Shown here: piece by piece, positions 48,310 through 58,697 of the stretch | Layout of the letters: each line of letters starts with the position of its first letter | Position numbering within the stretch: position 1 is the stretch's first letter | Source: Bacteroidia bacterium | Lineage (GTDB): Bacteria; Bacteroidota; Bacteroidia; CAIKAF01 | Reading direction: 5' to 3' | DNA length: 64,000 bases | Assembly (NCBI GenBank): GCA_016742095.1 | Contig: JACVCJ010000003.1 | Location: 11,250 to 75,249 of the forward strand | Notes under the pieces: generated by a model | Told to the model about the DNA's origin: nothing | Seen by the model: only the letters and a program-made list of their open reading frames with translations | The model's database searches: none | Translations under genes and position numbers: made by a program

Positions 48310-49668
48310 TCAGGATTCTTCTGCCTTAAAACGTATATACTTCTCCATGGCTTTTCGCCCCGATATCAGCGCAGTTTCCTGGGTTTCGAGTCCCTGGGTC
48401 CAGCCCCCGCCGATGCAGAGGTCTTTACGCGGTTCCAGCAGCTGCTCCATCCGTTTCAGGTTCTCGCTGAACGCAGGCGTAATAAGGGGGTGACTGAATA
48501 CAGTTTCGTGCAGGAAACGGCCGCGGTCTTTCACCTGCGTACACAGTTCTTCGCTCAGCCAGCTTTTATAAATTCCCTCGTAACGTTCATCGATCATACC
48601 CAGGTTCATGGTATTGGACCGCATGCGGTTATCGGCCGTGGTAAATACGTTCAGGAAGGCCGGATGCCGTGTGTTCACAAAGGAAGAATCGCTGTGCAGC
48701 ACAATACGTGCCCGGAAGTATTCAAAGCCTTTCAGCACCGTGTTCAGTTCCGCCGAAGCTACATCTTCCTGTAGAATGCGGGCGGCCTGGTACGCGTGCA
48801 CGGCCAGGACCACAAAATCGAACGCTTCTTCCTGTTCTCCCCGGCCATTCTCATAGCGGACGATGTAATTACCCCCGCGCAGGAAAACCGACTGTACCGG
48901 CGAAGACGTACAGATACGTACGCCCTTTTTCCGCAGTTCGGCACCGGCATGTTCCAGGGCACTGCCCATACCTCGGTGCAATACTTTAAAAGTGCTGCGC
49001 ATGGAAGGACGACGAAAGGCAAACAGTTTCACGATCTCTACCGTAGAGGTCTTGCGTATATCGTCCGTAGTGGTACCGAGCGAGGCGGCCAGGAAGGGAA
49101 TGATCACCTCTTCCTTGAAATGCGGCGGCAACAGCAGGGAGTGCACCCAGTCGCCGATGTTTTTAGCATAGGCATCACCCGGTTCACGGTACACTTTGTA
49201 TGCCATGCTGAAGAACTTTTTAAACCAGAGCAGTTTGCCCAGGTTCTCGCCCCGGAAAGAACCGTAAAGCGGTGTAATAAGCCGGGGACGCAAAGAACCC
49301 TGACTTTGTATACTGATGGAACCTTTGAATTCCGAAATTTCGTCGGTATTGTAAAAATTATATGCTTTCAGGAAACGGATGTATTCATCCCAGGGGCCTT
49401 CCGTAAAGTACTGGGGCCCGGCATCCACCGCCACCGCCTGTCCCTTGCGGTTATTTACCAACACCGTGCGGGCATTGCCGCCCAGTTGTGCTTCTTTCTC
49501 AAAAAGGCTGATCTGTGCACCCGGATCAGAGGCCTGGATATAATGTGCTGCGGCCACTCCGGCCATACCTCCGCCTACCACGGCTACCCGCAGGCGGGGT
49601 TTTTCTGCGTGCAATGCAGAACAAAACAGGAAAAACAGGATGTGAAGCAATACATAGTGTTGTTTCAT
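48310..49668 (-). CDS. FAD-dependent oxidoreductase (amine-oxidase-like), secreted
   Basis: Signal peptide, then dinucleotide-binding motif VAVVGGGMAGVAAA. Confidence 0.75.
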   Translation of the reverse strand: MKQHYVLLHILFFLFCSALHAEKPRLRVAVVGGGMAGVAAAHYIQASDPGAQISLFEKEAQLGGNARTVLVNNRKGQAVAVDAGPQYFTEGPWDEYIRFLKAYNFYNTDEISEFKGSISIQSQGSLRPRLITPLYGSFRGENLGKLLWFKKFFSMAYKVYREPGDAYAKNIGDWVHSLLLPPHFKEEVIIPFLAASLGTTTDDIRKTSTVEIVKLFAFRRPSMRSTFKVLHRGMGSALEHAGAELRKKGVRICTSSPVQSVFLRGGNYIVRYENGRGEQEEAFDFVVLAVHAYQAARILQEDVASAELNTVLKGFEYFRARIVLHSDSSFVNTRHPAFLNVFTTADNRMRSNTMNLGMIDERYEGIYKSWLSEELCTQVKDRGRFLHETVFSHPLITPAFSENLKRMEQLLEPRKDLCIGGGWTQGLETQETALISGRKAMEKYIRFKAEES

Positions 49669-50294
49669 GTACGGTATATTTTATGGTGTCATTAATTATA
49701 GAACGCTTCCGGCGGTTAACCCGGAAGCAGAGAGAAAAGCAATAAGGAAGTAAAAGGGATGACGGACTCAGCAACGCCGGGGTACCGGCAGGCACCGGAC
49801 GGACGGGTCTATATACGAAATAAGATGTCTTTGCAGGAAATAGCTGGAAATACCCGCCGGAAAAGCCGGGTTTACGCTGCTGTAACGTGTGATCAGGTTC
49901 ATTTCAAGGTGTTTGTTCAGCCGTAAATATATAAAAGCGGACAAACTGTGGAACTTTTTTTTCAGATATCCCTGAAAAGTACAACAGAATTTATTTTACC
50001 GTAGGGAAGAAATGCTCTTCCCGGTCCGCACAGGGTATCGTCCCCGAACAGCCGGTCCGTTACATCCTCCCGGCGTATTTTCTGAAGACAAAATGGAATA
50101 TCGGCTCCAAACTGCAATACATGGCCGGGAAGAACAGAAATTTACGTATAGTCTTCATGAGCTGCAGATACTATACAATAGTATACAGGTCATTTATTGA
50201 TCTATCAAATAGATCTGTTTCATTAAAAAACCTTCAATAATGAACGGTACAAAAGAGGGATGCCTGAAAAAATAAAAAATGCTATATTTAAATC

Positions 50295-51008
50295 ATGCAA
50301 CACATAAAACTCCCTTTACTACTGCTCCTGTTACTTCTGTCGGGTGCCTGCGGCCGCGGGCCTGAGCACCGGGTCATCCTTGAGCAACCCGGCATGATGC
50401 AGATCGAACTGCCTGCAAAATACACTCCCGACATCCTGGAAGAGATCGCCCGTGATCATTATTCCGATGCACAGGCTGACGGTTATCTTAAGGTCGATTT
50501 TCACGTCCCTTCTGTATACCCGGATCACCCGGAACTGCCCTGGGCCTCTGTAGATTTCAGGCCCCCCTTCGAACCCGGTATGGATCCGGAAGTATACCTG
50601 ATTGTATACGGCTCTCTTTCTGAAAAACACCGCCGCAACCTGGAAGGTATACAACCCAATTACGGTAAGGTACTGGGAAAATGGTACCAGAATCATCCCA
50701 TGCAGGAAGCGCTCTATATACTGTACGCAGGACCGGTCATCGATACGGTCATGTCTGTGTACCGGGCCGGCGATCTTCGGGTAGATCTGAACAGGAAAGA
50801 AGACTATGTATACAGCGATAGTCTGCATGTGCCTCGCCCCCGGGATCCCAGACCCGATGAGAACCGTACTGACTTCCGGATGAGAAGCAACGGCAAACCC
50901 GGACTCTACATCAGCAGGGACGGACTTATGCAATTCAGTACCGATACCGACAATGTGTTGTACAACAAGGGAGACAGTACTTTTAAAGCGACTCCTCTGC
51001 CCTTTTAG
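50295..51008 (+). CDS. hypothetical lipoprotein
   Basis: MQHIKLPLLLLLLLLSGACG lipobox. Preferred over the antisense ORF 50331-51056. Confidence 0.6.
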   Translation: MQHIKLPLLLLLLLLSGACGRGPEHRVILEQPGMMQIELPAKYTPDILEEIARDHYSDAQADGYLKVDFHVPSVYPDHPELPWASVDFRPPFEPGMDPEVYLIVYGSLSEKHRRNLEGIQPNYGKVLGKWYQNHPMQEALYILYAGPVIDTVMSVYRAGDLRVDLNRKEDYVYSDSLHVPRPRDPRPDENRTDFRMRSNGKPGLYISRDGLMQFSTDTDNVLYNKGDSTFKATPLPF

Positions 51009-51043
51009 TATAATAAACAAGCTGTTTCCTGCAGGATATATTT

Positions 51044-51499
51044 TCAATCGTAACAATTAAAAATAACCTCTCCGTAGGTCTCCGAACTCCAGTATAATGC
51101 CTGTTCGCGTTCTTCCGGCCCTAATACGCTCCATTCTCCCGGTGGTACTTTCGTATTCAGCTCTGCCGGACTCAATACCCGGATACCGTTCAATTCCAGC
51201 AGACGACCGATCTCTTCCGGCATTTCTTTAAACACGGGGATCATCTGTCCATCGGTATCTTCCGCGGCGGCGGACAGCGGCAAATGCTCATGAACGAGCA
51301 CGTCGCTGATCTCATTGCGTATAGCGTTCACAAAGCGCACCCGGAAGTAATTATTTGCCGGACCGGGCTCTTCAACAGCTCCCACCCGGGTATACGGATA
51401 CGCGGGATGCTGAAAAAAGCCGGCGATCTCTTTCTTTGTATAGTATATGGTATCACGCGGCACATTAAAACCTGTTATCCCGCGTTTCAGAAGAGACAT
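51044..51499 (-). CDS. hypothetical protein
   Basis: 151-aa ORF with ATG start. No domain recognised. Confidence 0.5.
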   Translation of the reverse strand: MSLLKRGITGFNVPRDTIYYTKKEIAGFFQHPAYPYTRVGAVEEPGPANNYFRVRFVNAIRNEISDVLVHEHLPLSAAAEDTDGQMIPVFKEMPEEIGRLLELNGIRVLSPAELNTKVPPGEWSVLGPEEREQALYWSSETYGEVIFNCYD

Positions 51500-51522
51500 T
51501 CCTGCTTAATTTAGTATAGTTA

Positions 51523-53436
51523 TCAGCCTTCTGCTTCGCTCAGCAGTTGCTCCCATTTCTGCACTTCCGTGTCCAGCTGACTTTTTAAAGCGCTATATTT
51601 AGTATATACATCTGCATTTGCTGCATTCTCCGGCTTTGCCAGTTCGGCTTCTATATCCGAAATTTCGGCTTCGAGACGACTGATCTGTTCCTCCGATCTA
51701 CGGATGGCGTTCTGTACCTGTTTCAACTTTTTATTGTCCGCAGGCTGTGTGCGCACTTCCGCAACCGGGGCCGCAGCCGCCGCTTTCGGCTTATCGTCGC
51801 TCTTTTCGATCTCGCGGAAACTCTCTACTTTTTTACGCTCCAGGTATTCGTTGATATCGCCCAGGTAGCTTTTGATACCGTCTTCGGTGAATTCGAACAC
51901 CTTATTGGTAAGACCCTGCAGGAAGTCGCGGTCGTGGCTCACCACCACAAAGCTGCCCTCGAAGTTCATCAGGGCGTTCTTCAGTACTTCTTTAGAGCGG
52001 ATGTCCAGGTGGTTCGTAGGTTCGTCGAGCACCAGGAAATTCAGGGGTTCCGTAAGCATTTTACACATAGCCAGGCGAGCCCGTTCTCCCCCGGAAAGTA
52101 CCTTGATCTTTTTATCCACGTCCTTGCCGGTGAACAGGAATGCGCCCAGCAGGGCCCGTACGCGGGTGAACATATCGCTGTGGGCGGTGGCGTCTTCCAT
52201 TTCCTTCAGCAGGGTATTATCGCCGTTGAGCACTTTGGTCTGGTGCTGGGCAAAATAGCCGAGCAGCACGTTGTAACCCTCGTCCAGCTTGCCTTCGTAC
52301 TTATCCATGTCGCGGGCAATGATACGGGCCAGGGTGGTTTTACCCATACCGTTCTTACCCACGAAAGCGATGCGGTCGCCGCGGTCTATGCTGAAATTAA
52401 AGCTCCTGATCACTTTTTTATCGCCGTAGTCCTTGCGGATGTCCTCGCCCGTAACCACCACCTTACCGGAATGCGGCGCCTTGGGGAAATTGAAACGGAT
52501 GGCGCTGTTGTCCTCGTCTTCCATTTCGATACGGTCGATCTTGTCCAGCTTTTTGATAAGGCTCTGGGCAAAAGCGGCCTTACTGGCCTTGGCGCGGAAG
52601 CGTTCCACGTTGCGCTCGATCTGGGCGATCTGGGTCTGCTGGTTCTTATAGGCACTGGCCAGCTGTTCGCGACGTTCGGCGCGCAGTACCAGGTATTTGG
52701 AATAATTAGCCTTGTAATCCTGGAGTCCGCCGTTCGAAATTTCGAGCGTACGGTTGGTGATCTTGTCCAGGAAGGTACGGTCGTGGCTCACCATCATCAC
52801 GGCGCCTGGGTAGTCTACCAAAAAATCTTCGAGCCAGAGAATGGAGTCGATGTCGAGGTGGTTGGTAGGTTCGTCGAGCATGAGCAGATCGGGCTGCTGC
52901 AACAGGATCTTGGCCAGTTCCACGCGCATCTGCCAGCCACCGCTGAAGGCGGAATAGGGTTTATCGAGGTCGGCCCGGCTGAAACCCAGACCGAACAGTA
53001 CTTTTTCGGTTTTTTCGTCGATCTCGTACCCGCCCAGCATACCGAAACGTTCTTCTTTTTCGTGCAGCTGTTCCAGCAGTTTCATGTAGCCGTCGCTTTC
53101 GTAATCGGTGCGGGTGGCCACATCGTGCTGTATCTGGTCCAGGTCGGAACGCAGCTGCAGCACTTCGGCAAAAGCTTTACGGGTCTCGTTCAGGATGGTT
53201 TCCTTACTGTCTGATCTCAGGTCCTGCGGCAGGTAACCGATGCGGCATTCGCGGGGAACGGAAACGGTACCTTCGTCGGCACGCTGTGCGCCGCCCAGGA
53301 TCTTCATAAGGGTGGATTTTCCCGCGCCGTTACGGCCGGTGAGACCGATCTTGTCGGTACGGTTGATCAGAAATGAAATATCTTCGAATAAATAATTGCC
53401 TGAGAAGCCTACGGCTAAACCTGAAACTGAAATCAT
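51523..53436 (-). CDS. ABC-F family ATPase (tandem ABC domains, no TMD)
   Basis: Two Walker A motifs (GRNGAGKST, GKNGMGKTT), two LSGG signatures, and a C-terminal coiled-coil. Confidence 0.9.
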   Translation of the reverse strand: MISVSGLAVGFSGNYLFEDISFLINRTDKIGLTGRNGAGKSTLMKILGGAQRADEGTVSVPRECRIGYLPQDLRSDSKETILNETRKAFAEVLQLRSDLDQIQHDVATRTDYESDGYMKLLEQLHEKEERFGMLGGYEIDEKTEKVLFGLGFSRADLDKPYSAFSGGWQMRVELAKILLQQPDLLMLDEPTNHLDIDSILWLEDFLVDYPGAVMMVSHDRTFLDKITNRTLEISNGGLQDYKANYSKYLVLRAERREQLASAYKNQQTQIAQIERNVERFRAKASKAAFAQSLIKKLDKIDRIEMEDEDNSAIRFNFPKAPHSGKVVVTGEDIRKDYGDKKVIRSFNFSIDRGDRIAFVGKNGMGKTTLARIIARDMDKYEGKLDEGYNVLLGYFAQHQTKVLNGDNTLLKEMEDATAHSDMFTRVRALLGAFLFTGKDVDKKIKVLSGGERARLAMCKMLTEPLNFLVLDEPTNHLDIRSKEVLKNALMNFEGSFVVVSHDRDFLQGLTNKVFEFTEDGIKSYLGDINEYLERKKVESFREIEKSDDKPKAAAAAPVAEVRTQPADNKKLKQVQNAIRRSEEQISRLEAEISDIEAELAKPENAANADVYTKYSALKSQLDTEVQKWEQLLSEAEG

Positions 53437-53561
53437 GCCGCAAAGATAGCGTAAAGAAAGGGACTAAGAAAAAGACGCTCTTGATTTTATAGAAAGGTTA
53501 ACGTATAAAAAAAGGGCCTCCGCAGCGGCGAAGACCCGGTATCATTATGGCCGGGGCCGGA

Positions 53562-54503
53562 TCATGCGTTGTTCTCTTCGAGGATGATGTCGAACTGCAC
53601 CAGGTCTACAAAGTCCTGTAGGCGTTCTTCCACCTCGGCGTCGCTGATCTCGAGCAGGCGGCGGGTACCGAATTTTTCCACGGTAAAGGAAGCCAGGGCC
53701 GAACCGTAGATAATGGCGCGCTTCATGTTCTCGAAGCTGATATTATCCGTTTTGGCCAAGTAGCCGATGAATCCGCCGGCAAAGCTGTCTCCCGCACCGG
53801 TGGGGTCGAACACTTCTTCCAGGGGCAGGGCGGGTGCGTAGAACACTTCGTTCTTATGGAAAAGCAGGGCGCCGTTCTCGCCTTTTTTAATGATGAGGTA
53901 CTTCGGGCCCATGGCCATGATCTTTTTGGCGGCCTTCACCAGGCTGTATTCCTTGCTGAGGATACGGGCCTCTTCGTCGTTGATGGTAAGCACGTCGATG
54001 CGGCCGAGCATATCGATGAGGTCGTCCCAGGCGGTTTCCATCCAGAAGTTCATGGTATCCATCACCACCAGTTTCGGACGGTGCTGCATCTGTTCCAGTA
54101 CGCGTTTCTGCAGTTTGGGCATCAGGTTACCCAGCAGCAGGTAATCGGCATTCTGGTAAGAGGCGGGCACTACGGGGTCGAAGGTGGCCAGTACGTTGAG
54201 CTGTGTGTCGAGGGTATCGCGGGTGTTCATGTCCATATGGTACTTACCGGCCCAGAAGAAGGACTTTTCGCCTTTTTTGATCTGGATCCCTTCGATATCA
54301 ATGCCTTTTGCACGGAATGTATCCAGGAAGGACTGCGGGAAGTCCTCGCCCACCACCGATACGATCTTTGTGTTGTTGCGGAAGTAGGAGGCCGCCAGGG
54401 ACGCGTATGTGGCTGCTCCGCCCACTACCATATCTTCTTTCCCGAAAGGAGTTTCCAGGTTATCGAAGGCCACCGTACCGATGACCAAAAGGCTTTTGCT
54501 CAT
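53562..54503 (-). CDS. PfkB family carbohydrate kinase
   Basis: Ribokinase-like fold with DPTGAGDSFAGGF motif. Confidence 0.85.
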   Translation of the reverse strand: MSKSLLVIGTVAFDNLETPFGKEDMVVGGAATYASLAASYFRNNTKIVSVVGEDFPQSFLDTFRAKGIDIEGIQIKKGEKSFFWAGKYHMDMNTRDTLDTQLNVLATFDPVVPASYQNADYLLLGNLMPKLQKRVLEQMQHRPKLVVMDTMNFWMETAWDDLIDMLGRIDVLTINDEEARILSKEYSLVKAAKKIMAMGPKYLIIKKGENGALLFHKNEVFYAPALPLEEVFDPTGAGDSFAGGFIGYLAKTDNISFENMKRAIIYGSALASFTVEKFGTRRLLEISDAEVEERLQDFVDLVQFDIILEENNA

Positions 54504-54598
54504 TTTTTCAAAAAATTTTTGCCAAAGATATTGCTTATTTCAAAACGCTTTGTATTTTTGCACTCCGAATTTTTCAAAAAAAGATCCGGGACCTATTT

Positions 54599-54672
54599 TC
54601 CTCCTTAGCTCAGCTGGTTAGAGCACCTGACTGTTAATCAGGGGGTCTCAGGTTCAAGTCCTGAAGGGGGAG
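54599..54672 (+). tRNA. tRNA-Asn (anticodon GTT)
   Basis: Cloverleaf folded by hand: acceptor TCCTCCT/AGGGGGA, D-stem GCTC/GAGC, anticodon stem CCTGA/TCAGG, loop CTGTTAA (GTT at 54633-54635), T-arm TCAGG-TTCAAGT-CCTGA. Confidence 0.9.
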
Positions 54673-54687
54673 CGAAAAGAAATCAAA

Positions 54688-54716
54688 AAGTCGACAGCAG
54701 TGTCGGCTTTTTTTAT
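54688..54716. terminator. bidirectional intrinsic terminator between tRNA-Asn and convergent thioredoxin-like gene
   Basis: GTCGACA-GCAG-TGTCGGC hairpin flanked by A-run and T-run. Confidence 0.5.
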
Positions 54717-54718
54717 TT

Positions 54719-55996
54719 TCAACCGGACTGTTTCTGTTTTCCCTTGCCCAGCTTCGGTAAAAGCTGTTCATACACGACCTTCTCCATAGACGTGTGTTTC
54801 ATGGCCTTCTTCCTGATATGCCCGAAAGATTGCCGCGCGGCCTCGATGTCGCCGAGCAGGTATTCGTAGGCGCTTTTGAAGGCGTACATTTGCGATGATT
54901 GCTGTAATGCCGCGCCCTGCGTTGCATATTTGAGCCTGCGTTCCAGGCTTTCTCTTTCATCCGTATTCCCGTCTACTTTCATGATCGCGGAACAGAAGTA
55001 CAAGGCCTCGTAATCGTCCTTTATTTTTTCAAAGAATTCCGCTTCCAGCCTGTTATAGGCAGCCGTGTCCTTCCTGAAGAACAACTGGTAACTGCGCTCC
55101 GCCTGCAAGGGGGCGTAGTAGTGGAATACCGCGCCCACTGCGTCCCCCTCTTCGTCGAGAACCATATATACATTGTCCCGCCAGAACCGCTTGATCACGG
55201 ACATGGCGGCGAGATATTCCTTTTCGTCAGAATTATCTTCCGCCTTCTGCAAAGCGTCATGCGCAATCTGGCACATGACATAAGCTACGCGCGAACTGTC
55301 AAAGTCTTTATACAAGGGCCCCGGGTCGTTCATGAAGAACTGATACGGCTTAGAGTGAAAATCCAGTATCCTGTCCTGCTCGTATACCGCAAAATCCATG
55401 AAAAAACGTGTAAAGAAGCTATCTGCATACATGCTTTCGGGGAATGCCTCAAAAGCTTTTTTTATCACATGCAGGCTGTCTCTCAGCGTATAGGCCACAT
55501 GCAGATCGCGTACATAACGCTCAAGGAAACGATAATCCGCCGCTTTCCGGGGCAAAAGCTCGGTTTGTGCCTTCAATGTATTTCCAGGTGACAAGGCTGT
55601 TTTCATGTGTTCTATGAAAACGGCCGGCGGAAAGATGCCACAAACCCGATGCACCTCTTCCTTATTTGCATCGATGAAAATAAAGACCGGTTGCGGGCCG
55701 GCTTTGTAATACTCCCTGATTCTTTTGCCGTTTTTAGAAAGGGTATTGATCGAATAGGCATTGAAATGATTATTAATAAATGCGATGACTGCCGTGTCTC
55801 TCATCGTGGTTTTCTCCATTTCCACGCAGCCCGGACAGCCGTTATAATGGAAGAATAAAAGAGACAATGGCTTGCTCCCGGTAATATGCTCCTCCAGCAG
55901 TAATGCTTCATTACCGTATGATATGGAAACTTGCTGTCCCCAGGCAATGGGACCAAGAACACATAAAAGCAGCAGTATTTTACAGTGGGTAAACAT
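54719..55996 (-). CDS. thioredoxin-fold (CxxC) domain protein with C-terminal helical domain, secreted
   Basis: Start at ATG 55996 (MFTHCKILLLLCVLGPIAWGQQ). GCPGC motif. The upstream in-frame start in the track is GTG and would overlap the next gene by 166 nt. Confidence 0.7.
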   Translation of the reverse strand: MFTHCKILLLLCVLGPIAWGQQVSISYGNEALLLEEHITGSKPLSLLFFHYNGCPGCVEMEKTTMRDTAVIAFINNHFNAYSINTLSKNGKRIREYYKAGPQPVFIFIDANKEEVHRVCGIFPPAVFIEHMKTALSPGNTLKAQTELLPRKAADYRFLERYVRDLHVAYTLRDSLHVIKKAFEAFPESMYADSFFTRFFMDFAVYEQDRILDFHSKPYQFFMNDPGPLYKDFDSSRVAYVMCQIAHDALQKAEDNSDEKEYLAAMSVIKRFWRDNVYMVLDEEGDAVGAVFHYYAPLQAERSYQLFFRKDTAAYNRLEAEFFEKIKDDYEALYFCSAIMKVDGNTDERESLERRLKYATQGAALQQSSQMYAFKSAYEYLLGDIEAARQSFGHIRKKAMKHTSMEKVVYEQLLPKLGKGKQKQSG

Positions 55997-56576
55997 AGAC
56001 GCTATTGGCTTTAATGAGCAATCCGGAACCCGAAGATATGATTTTCTTTTTATCGTCATCAACCTGCGGTTTGCATTCAAGGCACTCTTCATCGGCAACA
56101 CAGGTGATGGTTCCGATATCTTCGTTTGTCGAAGAATTCTCCGCACATTTTGCAGTGGGATCCGTCTTTAATATACAATTACACTTTACAGTAATGTTTC
56201 CGGACCCTGCGGCCAGTTTCACGGGGCTTGCCGGGTTTGCTGCCGGGATAAAATAATACGACGCGGCGGGGTCGAGCGTCACGGTAGTGATCTCGTCCGC
56301 TTCCACGATCTGCACATTGTCGTCGATCACCATGACATTCGTCGGCGCATCTTCCGTGCCGATGGGTTGCAGTTTCCATTTGATCGTGGCGTTGTCTCCC
56401 GACTGCGTCACCTGCATATAGCAGAGCGTTTCAGCATCATGTTTCAACAACACGACCTGCATGTCCGCATCTTTCGCGGCGGGAGCCTTCTCCGCTTTTT
56501 GCGTATCCGCTTTGTCGCATCCGCCGAGGCAAAAAAGCCCGGCCATTCCGAGTATATATACGAAATTCTTTCTCAT
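55980..56576 (-). CDS. hypothetical lipoprotein with Cys-rich C-terminus
   Basis: MRKNFVYILGMAGLFCLGGC lipobox. C-terminal CNC...C...C..C..C cluster. Confidence 0.6.
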   Translation of the reverse strand: MRKNFVYILGMAGLFCLGGCDKADTQKAEKAPAAKDADMQVVLLKHDAETLCYMQVTQSGDNATIKWKLQPIGTEDAPTNVMVIDDNVQIVEADEITTVTLDPAASYYFIPAANPASPVKLAAGSGNITVKCNCILKTDPTAKCAENSSTNEDIGTITCVADEECLECKPQVDDDKKKIISSGSGLLIKANSVYVYPL

Positions 56577-56583
56577 GGCTTAA

Positions 56584-57147
56584 TTACTTTATGTAGAAAA
56601 TGGCACTTCCTGAAACCAGTTCATCGGGAACGTTTTCGTGCGTTTGCTTACACTTTTTCTTGCATCCTATTTTCTCGCACTTGATGTTTACTTTAACCCC
56701 GTCGACCATTACGCTGACAAAACAGCCTCCCTCTTCACCCTCTATACCCGTCCCTTTGCAGGTACAGACGATCTTTTTTGTGTCTCCCGGTGCAATATAC
56801 ACTGGTGTGCCTGGATCGTCCGGATGTATCATATACGCCGCGTGCAGAAACTTTATCGTCTTCGTGTCTTCCGACGTGCCGGAAACTATCTGGTAATCTT
56901 CCGGGCGCATAAAAGCCACGATCTGATCTTGCGGTTCTTCGGGCGTTTCGATGATTTCATACGCATACGTCGCATTGCCCGTAAAAAGATCTTCAAACGT
57001 AAACCTGTAATACTTGTCCGTTGCCTCGTCGTAAATTTCAGCAACCTGCGCGGCTTCTGCATCTTTTGCCTTCAAGGGCATATTTGCGTCCTTGTTGCAG
57101 GACACGGCCAGCAGCACGAATGCGACCGCATAAAGTATTTTTCTCAT
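56584..57147 (-). CDS. hypothetical lipoprotein with Cys-rich C-terminus (paralog)
   Basis: Start at ATG 57147 (MRKILYAVAFVLLAVSC). C-terminal CTC...C...C..C...C cluster. Confidence 0.6.
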   Translation of the reverse strand: MRKILYAVAFVLLAVSCNKDANMPLKAKDAEAAQVAEIYDEATDKYYRFTFEDLFTGNATYAYEIIETPEEPQDQIVAFMRPEDYQIVSGTSEDTKTIKFLHAAYMIHPDDPGTPVYIAPGDTKKIVCTCKGTGIEGEEGGCFVSVMVDGVKVNIKCEKIGCKKKCKQTHENVPDELVSGSAIFYIK

Positions 57148-57398
57148 AGTAATAAAGATTAAAGTTAAACATTCGAATTTAAACAATAATTTTAGTAAAA
57201 CTATCAGTTCTGCTATTTTTAATAAAATTTATATGTTTGTTTATACGTACATAAACCCCTGCTTTATTTCCCATCCCTCTCCTTCGGTTACAACACGGCG
57301 ACTTTTGGCTATACCTCTGACCTGATTTAAAGATCGGCAAACTACCGCTTAACTCCGGCGGGAAAGAGGTGCATCTATATTTCGTATATTTATAAAGA

Positions 57399-58265
57399 TC
57401 ATTCGGTTTTTTCCAGGAAACGGCGGATGGCCTGGCTCAGCATTTCCGGTTCTTCTTCCTGCGGAAAATGCCCGGCCGAAGCTATTTTTAAGACCTCTGC
57501 CCCCGGGAAGCCCGAAAGGAACTTCTGCAGGTACTGCGGACCGATCACCGGGTCTTTCATACCCCAGGCAAAAAGTACCGGCCTGGCAGAAAGCGCTGTA
57601 CACCGCTGCCAGAGCGATTCAAACCGGTCCTGGTCCTGAAGCAGGCTGCGCGCAAAAGCCAGGGTGCCTTCCCGCTGGTTCCGGTTCGCAAACGGACGGG
57701 TGTATTGTTTTAAGATACGCGATGTAATTTTCTTTTCGCCAAAGGAAGCCGGTAATACAAAACGGGCCGAAAAATTAAAATAGCGGTACAGGAAGGGCAG
57801 CAGCGGACTGCGCAGCACTTTGCTCATTTTTCGGTACGCTTCTTCCTCGCGGCTGCTCCAGAGCCAGGAATTGAGTATCACCATGCGTTTTATGCGTCCG
57901 GGGTGTTTCAGAGCCACGTCAAACCCGATGGGTCCGCCGAAATCGTGCAGTACCAGCGTAATATCCCGGATGTTCTTGTGCAGGATGAATTTTTCGAGCG
58001 TGGCGCTGTGGTTCTGCACGGAATAATCGTAGTGCCGGGGCTTATCCGACAGTCCGAAACCGATATGGTCGACCGCGATGCAGCGGTACGTACTGCGCAG
58101 GTCGCGCACCAGGTGCCGGAAATCGAAACTCCAGGAAGGCGTGCCGTGCACAAAGAGCAGGGGTTCGCCCGCACCTTCGTCGATGTAATGCATGCGGGCC
58201 GTTCCGGTATCAAAATAGTTTGCGCTGAAAGGATATTCCTTTGTATCGAGCCATTGCGTATTCAT
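57399..58265 (-). CDS. alpha/beta hydrolase (haloalkane-dehalogenase-like)
   Basis: HGTPSWSFDFRHL, nucleophile LVLHDFGG, C-terminal GHFPQEE. Confidence 0.85.
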   Translation of the reverse strand: MNTQWLDTKEYPFSANYFDTGTARMHYIDEGAGEPLLFVHGTPSWSFDFRHLVRDLRSTYRCIAVDHIGFGLSDKPRHYDYSVQNHSATLEKFILHKNIRDITLVLHDFGGPIGFDVALKHPGRIKRMVILNSWLWSSREEEAYRKMSKVLRSPLLPFLYRYFNFSARFVLPASFGEKKITSRILKQYTRPFANRNQREGTLAFARSLLQDQDRFESLWQRCTALSARPVLFAWGMKDPVIGPQYLQKFLSGFPGAEVLKIASAGHFPQEEEPEMLSQAIRRFLEKTE

Positions 58266-58329
58266 CTTTTTGGATACAAAGTTCGACCCTTCCCGCGGGA
58301 AAAATCTTGGTATAAACCAACTTAAGCGC

Positions 58330-58668
58330 TTACTCTATTTTCATTTCGCGGATGAGCCCGTTCTCCGGGTCGAGTGTGATATGGAACACAAAAACCTGCG
58401 GACTGCCCGGAAAATTACCGCTGGCCTCCACCTGCATCCGGAACCGGTCTCCTTCCCCGGACACACCGAGCAGCTTGTTCGCTATACTCAGTTTACGGTC
58501 AAAGTCACGTTTCCAGTCCCGTATCGCTTCCCATCCCCGGTAGGTCTTTCCCTCATCGTGGTACAGGGCATCTTCCGTAAAAACAGAAACGAAGCGCTCC
58601 GCATCCTTTGCGTCCGAAGCCGCCAGGTATTGTCCGATGGCCTGCGGAATGTTCTTCTCATTTAGCAT
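58330..58668 (-). CDS. NTF2-like (SnoaL) family protein
   Basis: Start at ATG 58668 (MLNEKNIPQ); the track start at 58677 is TTG. Confidence 0.7.
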   Translation of the reverse strand: MLNEKNIPQAIGQYLAASDAKDAERFVSVFTEDALYHDEGKTYRGWEAIRDWKRDFDRKLSIANKLLGVSGEGDRFRMQVEASGNFPGSPQVFVFHITLDPENGLIREMKIE

Positions 58669-58697
58669 ATATATCAAAAATTTAGTATATTAATTAT

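Noticed and set aside
50012-50200. 62-aa ORF in the long 49669-50294 intergenic region
   Set aside because: No signal or domain features, atypical composition, and no plausible start context. The region is treated as non-coding.
54599-58300. Genomic island integrated at tRNA-Asn
   Set aside because: No integrase, recombinase, direct repeat of the tRNA 3' end, or phage or conjugation genes seen by eye in either flank. Flanking genes (thioredoxin-like, lipoproteins, hydrolase) look chromosomal.
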